From the NCBI GenBank assembly GCA_965237905.1, contig OZ250172.1, forward strand, positions 1,888,001-1,952,000: a stretch of DNA of 64,000 nucleotides, in the 5' to 3' direction. The notes under the pieces are model-generated. The model did not search any database. It worked only from the letters and a program-made list of their open reading frames with translations, and was not told the DNA's origin. Each line of letters starts with the position of its first letter. The stretch's first letter is position 1. A program made the position numbers and the translations under genes. Of this stretch, positions 9,670 to 19,919 are shown in pieces. Origin of the DNA: Nitrospinaceae bacterium. Its GTDB lineage: Bacteria > Nitrospinota > Nitrospinia > Nitrospinales > Nitrospinaceae.

Positions 9670-10707
9670 ATGAAAAAAATCAGTATTGCAGGCGCGACCG
9701 GGTACACGGGTATCGAACTACTCCGCCTTCTGGTGAAACATCCAGAGGTAGAGATAGGTTCCCTCACCGCCGAGTCGCATGCCGGAAAAAATATCGCCAC
9801 CGTGGCCCCTTCGTTGAAGGGTTGGGCCGATCAGACGCTGGTCAAGCTGTCGCCGGCGGTGGCGCAGGAGTGTGATGTGTTGTTCCTCGCATTGCCGCAC
9901 ACCACTTCGATGAAGCATGTGCCGGAGTTGTTGCAAAGCGACTGCAAGATCATCGACCTCAGTGCCGACTACCGCCTGCATGAGGCTGAGGTGTACGACC
10001 AGTGGTACCAGACGTCGCACCTCAATCCGGAGTTGTTGAGTCAGGCGGTTTACGGATTGCCGGAGTTGCACCGGAAGGCAATCAAAAAAGCGCAACTGGT
10101 GGCGAATCCGGGATGCTACCCGACGAGTGCGATACTAGCACTGGCTCCGTTCATGCAGCAGGACTGGGCGGACCGGGAATCGATCATCATCGATTCCAAA
10201 TCCGGTGTTTCGGGTGCCGGACGCAAACTCAGCCAGACGACGCAGTTTTGCGAAGCCAACGAATCGGTCGCCGCTTACGGCCTGGGCGAACACCGTCACA
10301 CGCCGGAGATCGAGCAGGAGTTGAGCGGTCTCGCGGAACAGAGCATCACCGTATCGTTTTCGCCGCACCTGATGCCGATGACGCGCGGCATGCTCACCAC
10401 CGCTTATGTCAATTTGAAGAAAACCGTAGCCCGCGACGAGTTGCACGATCATTTTGCAAAATTCTATAAGAATGAGCGGTTTGTACGGGTGCTCGAGGCG
10501 GGGCAGTATGCCAACACCGCCCATGTCGCCGGATCGAATTTCTGCGACATCGGCGTGCAGGTGGACACGCGCAACCAACGCGCCATCGTCACCAGTGCGA
10601 TCGATAATTTGATGAAAGGCGCCTCCAGCCAGGCGATCCAGAATATGAACCTCATGCTGGGGATCGACGAGACCACCGGGCTCGATGCGCCTCCCCTGTT
10701 TCCATAA
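9670..10707 (+). CDS. argC: N-acetyl-gamma-glutamyl-phosphate reductase
   Basis: IAGATGYTG, ANPGCYPT, SGVSGAGR, DNLMKGA. An alternative start lies at 9652. Confidence 0.97.
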   Translation: MKKISIAGATGYTGIELLRLLVKHPEVEIGSLTAESHAGKNIATVAPSLKGWADQTLVKLSPAVAQECDVLFLALPHTTSMKHVPELLQSDCKIIDLSADYRLHEAEVYDQWYQTSHLNPELLSQAVYGLPELHRKAIKKAQLVANPGCYPTSAILALAPFMQQDWADRESIIIDSKSGVSGAGRKLSQTTQFCEANESVAAYGLGEHRHTPEIEQELSGLAEQSITVSFSPHLMPMTRGMLTTAYVNLKKTVARDELHDHFAKFYKNERFVRVLEAGQYANTAHVAGSNFCDIGVQVDTRNQRAIVTSAIDNLMKGASSQAIQNMNLMLGIDETTGLDAPPLFP

Positions 10708-10713
10708 TTCAAA

Positions 10714-11910
10714 ATGAAATTGAAAGAGTTGAAACAGTTTCAGGTGCCCGGTTTTCTGGCCGGAGGCATCGCGTGCGGTCTCAAGAAGAAGGGCGTCAAG
10801 GACCTCACCCTGATTGTCTCCGAAGTGCCGGCGACGGCGGCGGGGATGTTCACGCAAAACCAGATGGTGTCTCCGACAGTACCGATCAGCCGGAAAGCGC
10901 TCAAGGCCTCCCAGACCATTCGCGCCATTATCGCCAACAGCGGCAACGCCAACGCCTTCACCGGGCCGCAGGGAGTGAAAGATTGCCAAGCGGTGGTGGC
11001 GGCAACCGCGAAGGCCCTGGATATTCCGGCGCAAGAGGTGCTGACCGCATCCACCGGTGTCATCAGCGTTCCCCTGGCGGTGAAAACAATTGAAGCGGGT
11101 ATTCCCAAACTGGTGAATCAGCTGTCCCCGAAGGGATGGAGTCAAGCCGCCGAAGGCATCATGACCACCGACCTGGTGTCCAAAACCTGCGCCGTGCAGT
11201 ATGGAGATATTATCGTGGGCGGCATTTCCAAAGGATCGGGCATGATCCAGCCGAACATGGCGACCATGCTGGCGTTCCTCGCCAGCAACATCCGGATCGA
11301 CAAGCGAACATTACAAAAAGCACTGAAAGCGGCGGTGGACCCGACGTTCAACTGCATCACCGTCGACGGCGAAACCAGTACCAACGATATGGTGCTGTTA
11401 CTGGCCAACGGCCAGGCGGGTAACTCATCGGTGAAAGCGGGATCGAAAGCGTACAAGGGTTTTGTAATCGCGCTGACGCATGTGTGCAAAACGCTGGCGT
11501 TTAAAATCGTGGAAGACGGAGAAGGCGCCACCAAGTTCGTCACCTTAAAAGTGAACGGCGCGAAAACGACCAAGCAGGCGGAGCAGATTGGTAAACGGCT
11601 GGCCAATTCCCTGTTAGTGAAAACGGCGCTGTTCGGGGAGGACCCGAACTGGGGGCGGATTATCTCCGCTGTGGGAAGCGCCGGGGTGCTGATCAAACCC
11701 GAGAAGCTGGAGGTCGTTTTGAACGGGACATCGCTGGTCAAAAACGGCGAGCATGTCAAAGGCGTGTCCGCGTCCGCGCTGAAGAAAAAAATGAAGAGCA
11801 AGGAAATTGAAATCGTCATCGGCCTGCACATGGGCAAAGCTCATGCCGAGACCTACACCTGCGATTTGTCCTACGATTACGTCCGCATCAACGCTGAATA
11901 CACGACTTAA
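10714..11910 (+). CDS. argJ: Glutamate N-acetyltransferase / ornithine acetyltransferase
   Basis: KGSGMIQPNMATML, DGETSTND, DGEGATK, DPNWGR, YVRINAEYTT. Confidence 0.97.
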   Translation: MKLKELKQFQVPGFLAGGIACGLKKKGVKDLTLIVSEVPATAAGMFTQNQMVSPTVPISRKALKASQTIRAIIANSGNANAFTGPQGVKDCQAVVAATAKALDIPAQEVLTASTGVISVPLAVKTIEAGIPKLVNQLSPKGWSQAAEGIMTTDLVSKTCAVQYGDIIVGGISKGSGMIQPNMATMLAFLASNIRIDKRTLQKALKAAVDPTFNCITVDGETSTNDMVLLLANGQAGNSSVKAGSKAYKGFVIALTHVCKTLAFKIVEDGEGATKFVTLKVNGAKTTKQAEQIGKRLANSLLVKTALFGEDPNWGRIISAVGSAGVLIKPEKLEVVLNGTSLVKNGEHVKGVSASALKKKMKSKEIEIVIGLHMGKAHAETYTCDLSYDYVRINAEYTT

Positions 11911-11917
11911 AATTTTA

Positions 11918-12379
11918 TTATTTGAAGACGGCGCCGCATCCGCGGCATTGAAGTTGGGCGGGGAAGAACAGGCCGGGGAGGCCAAGCAGCAGCATGTTCA
12001 GCCACAGGGGTACGGGACCGGGCAGGGTTTTGTGGGCATTGATGCTGAGGCACCGCGGGCAGATCACGGGTTTGGTGCCCTCCGGGATATCTTTCCAGGA
12101 TGACGCGGTTTCCTCCTCCTTTATTTCCATTTCATAATCCTCTTCGATGTCTTCCAGAAGATCGACCCCCTCCTCCATCATCAGGTCCAGAATGTCGAGC
12201 GCGTCGTCAGCGTCCTGTTCCGGCACCTGCAGGCGAATTTCCACGTACCCGCCCTGCATGGGGTTGGTGTTGTCGTCCCGAATCACAGTTGAGATGCCTT
12301 TTTCCTCGAGGAAGGACGCGGCCATCTCGGCCTCGTGCGGCATTTGAAAGCTGGCGATGGTCACGAATCGGTTTTCCAT
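11918..12379 (-). CDS. DUF2007 domain protein with C-terminal CxxC-hydrophobic-CxxC motif
   Basis: MENRFVTIASF..EAEMAASFLEEKGI..IRDD..IRLQVP, then CPRC...CRGC. Confidence 0.75.
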   Translation of the reverse strand: MENRFVTIASFQMPHEAEMAASFLEEKGISTVIRDDNTNPMQGGYVEIRLQVPEQDADDALDILDLMMEEGVDLLEDIEEDYEMEIKEEETASSWKDIPEGTKPVICPRCLSINAHKTLPGPVPLWLNMLLLGLPGLFFPAQLQCRGCGAVFK

Positions 12380-12422
12380 ACCGTCAGTGTATGACAAAAA
12401 GGAACGCGGTTGAAGGGAGTGT

Positions 12423-12869
12423 TTACTGTGCCCGGAAGGTGTGATCGCAGGCGCGGCAGTGCAGGGGGCGTCCAATCCATAAGTAGGGCAATCCCAACAG
12501 CAATCCATTGAGAAATCGTTCGATGGGATAGTGGAGTTCCTCTGCGAATCCTTCGCTGCCGCAGTGCGGGCATTCGATCGACTCCGGAGGTCTCGGGCCG
12601 TGTTCTTCGGGCATCGTGGCTGATAATGCTTCCTCATCCTGCAGTTCCACGTCGGGCACCGAGTCCAGAATTTCCTGCGCCTCTTTGAGATTGACGCTCG
12701 GCACCTGCACTTTGACTCCACCGAGTGCCGGGGAATAGAGTTGGTTGATGCTGATGAGATGTTCGTCTTGGATGAAGACGGGAATATCCGCCGCCTCCAG
12801 GCGCGATTTGGCGAGGTGGGCCTGGTAAGGCATGTTGAACGAAGCGACGGTGACGAGTTTAGATTCCAT
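12423..12869 (-). CDS. DUF2007 domain protein, paralog of 11918-12379
   Basis: MESKLVTVASF..AHLAKSRLEAADIP..GGVKVQVP, then CPHC...CRAC. Confidence 0.8.
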   Translation of the reverse strand: MESKLVTVASFNMPYQAHLAKSRLEAADIPVFIQDEHLISINQLYSPALGGVKVQVPSVNLKEAQEILDSVPDVELQDEEALSATMPEEHGPRPPESIECPHCGSEGFAEELHYPIERFLNGLLLGLPYLWIGRPLHCRACDHTFRAQ

Positions 12870-12943
12870 AGCCTCAGTCTATCGCAATAAGGCCGATCTG
12901 AACACTCCATCGCCGGGATAACGGGAGAAAGTGACAGAGGCGG

Positions 12944-14119
12944 TCATTCTTTAGCCCCGTGTTTCCTGAGAAGGTCGGCTACTTTTTCCTTCTTCCCAAG
13001 GATTGCCCTTTGAAGCGGCGTTCTGCTTTTAATGTCTTTGGCATTGACGTCGGCACCATTTTGGATGAGCAATTGAACCATCTTGGTGTAACCGAAAAAA
13101 ACCGCACTGTGAAGCGGCGTTGAGCCGTATTTGCCGGCTTTAACGTTGACGTCGGCACCGTTTTGGATGAGTAGTTGGGCCGTCTTATAGCGACCCTCAC
13201 CGGGTCCCTCACCGGCCGCCCAGAAAAGCGGTGTGTGTCCTTTATTGTCTTTAGCATGGACATCGGCACCTTTTTGGATGAGGAGTTGAGCCACCTGATC
13301 GCGGCCATGACGTGCCGCCCACATCAGCGGCGTTTGGCCATTGTCGGCTTTGGCATTGACGTCGGCGCCTTTTTGGAGGAGTCGTTCAACCTCCGTAACG
13401 GAGCCGCCAAAAACCGCCATGAAAAGCGGTGTTTGTCCAAATTGATCTCTATGGTAGACGTCGTCGAGAAAGGCAAATCTGGAGTCCGAAACTCCGTACG
13501 AACCTCTATTGTTGGCGTGGGCGCGAGCGGCAGAGCCGGATTCCGAAGCTCCGTGTTTTCTGAGCAGGTCGGCCATTTTTTTATTGTTCCTTTGGAGTGC
13601 TCTGTCAAGCGCCGTGCCTCTCTCGTTTGCGGTATTGAGGTCGGCGCCATTTTGGATCAGCAATTGGGCGACCTCATAATAGCCAAAAGAGGACGCCCAC
13701 ATAAGCGACGTGCCTCCATATGCGTTTCTGGCATTGACGTCGGCGCCGTTTTTAATGAGTAGTTCGGCCGTCTCAGGGTGACCCTTACTCTTATCCTTAC
13801 CCTTATCGACCGTCATGTGAAGCGGCGTGTTTCTTGACCCGTCTCTGCCATTGACGTAGGCGCCTTTTTGCAGGAGTAGTTGGGCTGTTTTAGTGTGACC
13901 GTAAAAAGCCGCAGTGTGAAGCGGCGTTCTGCCCCATCTGCCAGCATTAGAGTTGACGTCGGCGCCTGCTTGTATGAGTCGTTCGACCTCTGCATCCGAA
14001 CCATTCCGGGCGGCAGTGTCGATTTTTGAGACAGGCAGTATCGAGCATGCCTGGCATGCCAGGCTTGATATCGCAACCAACAGAAAACATTTCCAGAAAG
14101 TACGGGTCATTTGTTTCAT
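12944..14119 (-). CDS. Secreted ankyrin-repeat protein (possible lipoprotein)
   Basis: Repeated GxTPLHxAA...LLIQNGADVNAK units in two blocks. Signal peptide ends near ACQAC. Confidence 0.93.
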   Translation of the reverse strand: MKQMTRTFWKCFLLVAISSLACQACSILPVSKIDTAARNGSDAEVERLIQAGADVNSNAGRWGRTPLHTAAFYGHTKTAQLLLQKGAYVNGRDGSRNTPLHMTVDKGKDKSKGHPETAELLIKNGADVNARNAYGGTSLMWASSFGYYEVAQLLIQNGADLNTANERGTALDRALQRNNKKMADLLRKHGASESGSAARAHANNRGSYGVSDSRFAFLDDVYHRDQFGQTPLFMAVFGGSVTEVERLLQKGADVNAKADNGQTPLMWAARHGRDQVAQLLIQKGADVHAKDNKGHTPLFWAAGEGPGEGRYKTAQLLIQNGADVNVKAGKYGSTPLHSAVFFGYTKMVQLLIQNGADVNAKDIKSRTPLQRAILGKKEKVADLLRKHGAKE

Positions 14120-14206
14120 CGGATGGTACCCCCCCTAAAGTTTATAAGCGCATCCTCGAGATGGATAATATCATGTGAAGCGGATTCAATTTCCATTTTT
14201 TTTCTC

Positions 14207-15847
14207 TTATTGACGCTGATTTTCAAGGGCCGGCTTGAGACGGTACTCGGTGTAGGCGGAGCCGAGGTAGAGGGCGATGTCGCCTTCATCTGTCTCACTG
14301 TCAAAAACAGCACCTTGATCATCCGTAAGGTCGGGGCCGACGCCGTATAGAATCATTCCATTATCCATCGCCTTCATTTTAAGCGGTTCGCCGCTGAACG
14401 GGTCTATGGGAATTTCCGTGATGTATTTCGGCACCAGAGCGTCCAATTTTTTCGGATATCTCCCGTGATCGGAATGGTACGCGGCGGCAGCCAATCCCAG
14501 TTGGGTCAGAAGTCTATGGGTTTGGCTATGGGCCACTCGCTCAAAGTAGTTCGAAATCTCGGAAAAGGCTATTGTTGTTAAAAGTCCAAATTCGGGGTTA
14601 TCGCTTGGCTCGGTATCCCATTCTTTAAATTCCGGTCCGGATTTGTGATATGGTTTTTGTGTGAACTTGTGAATTTTTTCCCAGTATCTTTTATGACTCA
14701 CCACGTCGTCATGGTAAAGGAATATCCGGTACAGGATGCCAAATGAAAACAATGTGGGGAGACTATTGGGTTCCAGGGGTGCCAAAGCATAATGTTCCAA
14801 GATATTGGTTGAAGGACGATGCAGTAAAATGTCAGCTATAATGAAAGTTTGCACGGCCTCTTCAAAGATCATACTTTTGTGGAAAGCCTGCGCAATGTGA
14901 TCGTGGGGTTTGACCGGCAGATGGATTTTGATCTTTGACTTGCCGGGTTGTTCGGCAAGTATCGTTTCCAAAGCTTGCTTGGATTTCGCACGGATCGCGT
15001 TTGCTATCAGGATATTGATCAAATGAGGTGTTTGCTCCAGATGTTCCGCAATTTTGTTCATGTAAGATATATTTTCCAATGCGGCGGCCATCTGTCCGCT
15101 CAAAGCATAGGTGCGGGCCTCCAGTCCCAGTAGTCGGGTGGCGTTTCTCAAGGGAGTAATCGGTTCGAGAATAAAATCGAACGATAATCTCAAGGGTTGG
15201 TAGTAATTGGGTTTTTGAGACGCTTCTTTGAATAAAGCCAGAGCTCTTTTTTTCTCCCGTAGCAGGTTTTGGGCTTTATCCGATTTGGGGTCAAAGGCCG
15301 GGTTAGCTGTCTCCTTCTTAAGCCAATCGGGGACGTCCCCCAACTCCTGGGCGGCTTGGTCATACAGTTCGGCAGCGTTTTGGTCATGCGCAGGGGGAGC
15401 CTGTAACAGGGTCTGGACTTTGTTCAAGGCCGAGGTTTGGGCGGCGATTGCCTCTAGCCTGGCAGTGTTGTCCAGGACCGTCATCGTGAACCATTGGAAG
15501 ACGAGGACGATGAACAAAACTCCTGACAATTTGGAGCGGGACCAGTGAGCCGCCCTTGGGATTGCGCCGGTGGGTTGACGGCCCCACTTAATTAGAATCC
15601 AACTCCCGGAGATGAAGAGTAGGGTCCAGAGCAATGTGTAAGGGAATAACCATTGTGGACGGACGTTAAAGTAAAGTAAAAATCCCGCGAAGACAGTTGC
15701 GGCAATGCCTAGTCCGCCGAGTAGCAACGCCATCAGGATGGGCCACAGGGCCGGCCATTTTTTCAGCCGTCCGGAACAAGCAAACACCACCGCCACCATC
15801 AGTAGAGCCGAGGCCATCGCTTCCAGCCAGAGCAATAAGTATCCCAT
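14207..15847 (-). CDS. Hypothetical membrane protein with pseudopilin GspG-like C-terminal motif
   Basis: About 4 N-terminal TM helices. C-terminal AYHSDHGRYPKKLDALVPKYITEIPIDPFSG..LYGVGPDLTDD. Confidence 0.75.
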   Translation of the reverse strand: MGYLLLWLEAMASALLMVAVVFACSGRLKKWPALWPILMALLLGGLGIAATVFAGFLLYFNVRPQWLFPYTLLWTLLFISGSWILIKWGRQPTGAIPRAAHWSRSKLSGVLFIVLVFQWFTMTVLDNTARLEAIAAQTSALNKVQTLLQAPPAHDQNAAELYDQAAQELGDVPDWLKKETANPAFDPKSDKAQNLLREKKRALALFKEASQKPNYYQPLRLSFDFILEPITPLRNATRLLGLEARTYALSGQMAAALENISYMNKIAEHLEQTPHLINILIANAIRAKSKQALETILAEQPGKSKIKIHLPVKPHDHIAQAFHKSMIFEEAVQTFIIADILLHRPSTNILEHYALAPLEPNSLPTLFSFGILYRIFLYHDDVVSHKRYWEKIHKFTQKPYHKSGPEFKEWDTEPSDNPEFGLLTTIAFSEISNYFERVAHSQTHRLLTQLGLAAAAYHSDHGRYPKKLDALVPKYITEIPIDPFSGEPLKMKAMDNGMILYGVGPDLTDDQGAVFDSETDEGDIALYLGSAYTEYRLKPALENQRQ

Positions 15848-15912
15848 TGAAAAACTCCCGATAGATTTCTTCTATTCAGGGTAAGGCAAAACGGGCGAGA
15901 TGCTAGTGCTTT

Positions 15913-16278
15913 TTAGTCACAGTTGCGGTTGTAGGTGTTGATGAGGGTGCTGACTTCGTCGCCATCGAGTGACTGGGTCCATTCGTAGACGTATTTCAAT
16001 TGTTCGATTTTGGAGCGGAGGAGGTCGCTGAGGTCGCGGCGCAGGATTTCACGGAACATGGTTTCGACGGTCAAAAACTGAGGTTGTCGCGGATGCCTGC
16101 CGAAAATGGGTGGCAGGTTGGACGGTTTGTAAGTCTTGATGGCCTTGGCGAATATTTCTTCCCATTGCAGGCCGGCTTTCTCACGGATCTCGTTGGCCTT
16201 GCGGATGGCGTTCAGCGCCTCGGCGTCGTTGGAAGATTTGGTCAATTCCAGGAGTTTGAGAATTTTATCCTGTGGCAT
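15913..16278 (-). CDS. Hypothetical protein with DUF2786-like N-terminus
   Basis: DKILKLLELTKSSNDAEALNAIRKA. The start could be 16278 or 16317. Confidence 0.6.
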   Translation of the reverse strand: MPQDKILKLLELTKSSNDAEALNAIRKANEIREKAGLQWEEIFAKAIKTYKPSNLPPIFGRHPRQPQFLTVETMFREILRRDLSDLLRSKIEQLKYVYEWTQSLDGDEVSTLINTYNRNCD

Positions 16279-16926
16279 GGTAATTCTGTTGGCCTTCCGG
16301 TTACGGGATGATTTCATTCAATTATACTTGAAACCCAAGAGCAATCCAGCCCTGTTCCTCACCCTGAGAGGTGAACCCTCCTTGGGTTCACCCCTGTAGC
16401 TCCTCATTAGGATTTTGGTGAGTATTTTCCCGATCGGTTACAGGGGGGGAATTGGGAATATCTTTTTTGGAACCACAGATTTCCTCCAATAGCCTAGCTA
16501 TCCGAATGCGGATAATAGCGGGTTTCCGAAAGGCCTGGGCGGGGTCCTCCCGGGAATAGAAGCAGAGTGGCTGAATTTACGGGGCTTTCTGGATCCAGGA
16601 AAGTCTCAAGGCCTCTATTTACCAAGGGTTGCTTTCCATCCGGAATTATATAACCGCTTGATATTAATATGGTTCCTGTTATCCTGATAATATTCTAAGT
16701 TAAAACAACCCCCGTAAGGGTCTTTGACAGTGCGTGAACAGGCGAATTCTCCTCGGGAAAATCCAACGAGGGCCGTTGTCTGGGTGCGCCGATGGTGGAT
16801 GGGCGTGAGTGTGGTTACGGCGGTGGGTTTCAATATATTTGCGGGATGCATTGTTTAAAAAAACGCAAAACTTCCTGAAGGGTCTCAGGAAGAGTCGATT
16901 AACCTTATCATTTTTTTTCGAGTTTT

Positions 16927-19878
16927 ATGCAGTCTTCAGGTTCCATAAATAAGTTCGTCGATCGCCTGTTTGAATCCAAGATGGAGAAAAACGGGGTTAT
17001 CCTGTTGATGGGCGAGGAGTGCTCACTGCGCTCCGGGATGCCTACGGCATCTGAATGGGTTGCGGCGATCAAAAAAAGTTACCCCAAGGCCTACGAAAAA
17101 GCCCGAACCAAAGACCTCCAGCATTGCGCGGCGGAATTAGCGGCCACTCAGAAATTCGAACTATTCAGTTTTTATCTGCGAAAATCGAAAGTCAGTTGGG
17201 CGCATTTATGTATAGCCCTGCTCATGAAAGAGGGATTTTTGAACCGGGTGTATACCACCTGCCCCGACCCTCTTTTGGAGAGGGCCTGTACTTTGGTGGG
17301 AGAGTTCCCAACCGTTTACGACTGTACGGTAGGAGCGATCACCAAACCGGAGTTGATACCCCCAAAATCGATCATTCATCTGAAGGGCCAGACTCTGGGT
17401 GCGAAGCCCGGTTCTCTGGAGGGCGTACTTTCCAGCGCGGGACGCAGCGGCCCCTGGTTGGTACTGGGATATAACCCCGATTCCAAAGACCCGGTTTACG
17501 AACAGGTCGCCTGGCTCGATAACATCAGTAAAGGATTGCTCTGGGTATTTTCGGGAAGCCAGCCTCCGGCGCGGTTTCTGCAGGAGCAGGTTTTTTCCAA
17601 AGCGAACAATCATTACACCCATTCCGAGGATCCGGACGTTTTTCTGGTTTCGCTGATTCGCATGATGAAGATCGGCATCCCCGAACTCATCGGTTACCCA
17701 TTTACGTTTTTGGGCCAATGGCTGAATAAAGTGGGCGCCTACCCTGCGCCCGGTCAGAAGGATGGGCTGAATATAGCGGATATTTCCCTCAAACAGACGA
17801 AAGCGGCTATCCAGCAGTATGAAGGTCCAGAACGGGGTAGCGATATCGGAGATGAAGAAGAAGCGGCAGGCGGGGTGGATGACCCGGAATTGTTGAAAGC
17901 CATTCAGGCGGCGCGCACCGGTTTGATGGCGGGGAACCCGAAGAAAGTGATCGAGCAGCACAAGCAGTTTGAAGAGACCCCTTCCGTTCAATTAGGTCAT
18001 CTTTTGAATTGGGCCTACCAGGTAGAAGGAGACTCCGCTGTTGAGGAAGCCAATAAACTGTTCGGCCCAAAAGCCTTGAAAAAATTAAAAGAGGCCCAGC
18101 CTCATTATGAAATGGCCCTTCAGATCAGGCCGGACGCTCCTCACACCTATTTCAAATTGGGCCGGTTGCTGGTTGAGCAGGCCAAAATTCAATCCGATGA
18201 CAATACTGCCGATCTGCTGGAGCAGGGCTCTGAACAATTCAAAAAGGCTCTCGAATTGAATCCTGATTTTTATGAAGCCAATTACGAGTTGGCGATGGTG
18301 CTTACAGAATTAGCCGGCACCAAAACCGACCCGGAATCGGATCAGTTATACGAGACGGCCGCAAAACAATTTCAAGAGAGCCTACGCGTCCAACCCAATC
18401 ATCCCGAGGCCGCTTATGGGGCCGGCCATGTGATGTTTTCTCAAGGGCGCCGCAAGAAAGGCGCGGATGCCGTACGGCTATACACCCAAGCGGTGGAAAT
18501 GTTTAAAATCGCCTTGCATGGCAACCCAGACAAAAGGGAGGCAATGGTGGAAATGGGGCAATCGCTCTTTATTCTTTCCAAAACCAAAAAAGGGGAAGAC
18601 GCCGATCGGTTTCTGATGATGGCCGAAGAAAAATTCCAGCAAGCCATACAACTGGATTCCACACTGGCAGAGGCTCAGTTCGGGTGGGCCGACGTTTTGA
18701 TGGAACGCGCGACATTGAAAAATGACGCGACTTCTGACCGGTTCTTCAACAAAGCGTTCGAAAAATACCAGGAAGTTTTGAATCTCAAGCCGGATATGCC
18801 GCGCGTGAATTTCCGATGGGCCGTGGGGCAATACAATATGGCGATGAAAAAATCCGGTGACGAAGCTGTCGGTTTGCTCAAGGATGCGGCGGCAAAATTT
18901 AAAAAAGCCCTCCAACGCAATCCCAAAAGTATTGAAATCCTGAGTCGCCTGGGACGCGTGTACTTTGAGTTAGCGAACAAACATAAAGGTTCTAATGCGG
19001 AGAAGCTCTATTCCCAAACCGTGAATCATTTCCATGACCTGCTAAAGCTACAACCGAAAAATTATAAAGTTATCTCCCAAGTGGGTGAAATTTATTACCA
19101 TATTTCCATGCTTAAAAAAGACAAGGAAGCGGAAAACCTGGTTCAAGCTTCCATCGAGAAATATCAGGATGTTCTTAAGATCAAACCTGACTACAGCCGG
19201 GCTATCATGTTGTGGGGAAATGCACTATTCCGGTTGGCAACTCTCAAGTCGGGCGACACGGGAGAGGATCTCTATAACCAAGCTGAGAAGAAATATGCGC
19301 AGGCCCTGAAAATTCATCCCAATGATGCCACCGCCTTGAGTAATTTTGGTTCGATCCTGTTGAAACGAGCCAAAAGGGAAGATCCGGACAAGGCAGGTCC
19401 CTTGTTGAATAAAGCGGTTGATTCCTTTCAGACCGCCATTGAGATTCGGGAGAACAATCCGGAAGCGCTCAACATGATGGGAGAAGCTTTAATCGCCCAA
19501 GCCAAAAGCAAACGGGGTATCAATGCGCATCCTCTGTTGGCCGAAGCGAAAGGGGTGCTTCAAAAAGCTGAAGAATACCAACCCGGCGCCGGGTGTTATA
19601 ACATGGCGAGACTCCAGGCTCAATTGGCGAACGAAACAGGGTGCCGTCAATGGCTGCAACGGTGCCAGGAACACAATGTTCTCCCCGATGCCGATGTGCT
19701 TACTGGGGAAACCCTGTTTGCCTCGGTGCGTGAATCCAATTGGTTTAAAAAACTGGTGCCCGATTCAGAACAACCGAAAGAGGGGCAGGAAGAGGTTGAG
19801 AACGGAATCGCCATGCCTACCAGTGACAATGCACCCGCCCCTTCCCCCAACAAGTCAACCAAACCTGCCAACGCGTAA
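16927..19878 (+). CDS. Degenerate SIR2-like domain plus long TPR array
   Basis: LLMGEECS..GMP, WAHLCIA..RVYTTCPDPL, HLKGQ, WLVLGY, then about 44-aa TPR-like repeats and a terminal YNMAR unit. Confidence 0.8.
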   Translation: MQSSGSINKFVDRLFESKMEKNGVILLMGEECSLRSGMPTASEWVAAIKKSYPKAYEKARTKDLQHCAAELAATQKFELFSFYLRKSKVSWAHLCIALLMKEGFLNRVYTTCPDPLLERACTLVGEFPTVYDCTVGAITKPELIPPKSIIHLKGQTLGAKPGSLEGVLSSAGRSGPWLVLGYNPDSKDPVYEQVAWLDNISKGLLWVFSGSQPPARFLQEQVFSKANNHYTHSEDPDVFLVSLIRMMKIGIPELIGYPFTFLGQWLNKVGAYPAPGQKDGLNIADISLKQTKAAIQQYEGPERGSDIGDEEEAAGGVDDPELLKAIQAARTGLMAGNPKKVIEQHKQFEETPSVQLGHLLNWAYQVEGDSAVEEANKLFGPKALKKLKEAQPHYEMALQIRPDAPHTYFKLGRLLVEQAKIQSDDNTADLLEQGSEQFKKALELNPDFYEANYELAMVLTELAGTKTDPESDQLYETAAKQFQESLRVQPNHPEAAYGAGHVMFSQGRRKKGADAVRLYTQAVEMFKIALHGNPDKREAMVEMGQSLFILSKTKKGEDADRFLMMAEEKFQQAIQLDSTLAEAQFGWADVLMERATLKNDATSDRFFNKAFEKYQEVLNLKPDMPRVNFRWAVGQYNMAMKKSGDEAVGLLKDAAAKFKKALQRNPKSIEILSRLGRVYFELANKHKGSNAEKLYSQTVNHFHDLLKLQPKNYKVISQVGEIYYHISMLKKDKEAENLVQASIEKYQDVLKIKPDYSRAIMLWGNALFRLATLKSGDTGEDLYNQAEKKYAQALKIHPNDATALSNFGSILLKRAKREDPDKAGPLLNKAVDSFQTAIEIRENNPEALNMMGEALIAQAKSKRGINAHPLLAEAKGVLQKAEEYQPGAGCYNMARLQAQLANETGCRQWLQRCQEHNVLPDADVLTGETLFASVRESNWFKKLVPDSEQPKEGQEEVENGIAMPTSDNAPAPSPNKSTKPANA

Positions 19879-19919
19879 CCCTTATCCCAACCCAAATGAT
19901 CATCTTGCCGTTCTACCCC

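Noticed and set aside
11918..12910. Single 330-aa ORF from the track
   Set aside because: Its first half overlaps the real gene at 12423-12869 in another frame. Paralogy supports a start at 12379.
16927..17800. Active SIR2 anti-phage NADase
   Set aside because: Catalytic and NAD-binding motifs are substituted, and no neighbouring defence genes were recognised.
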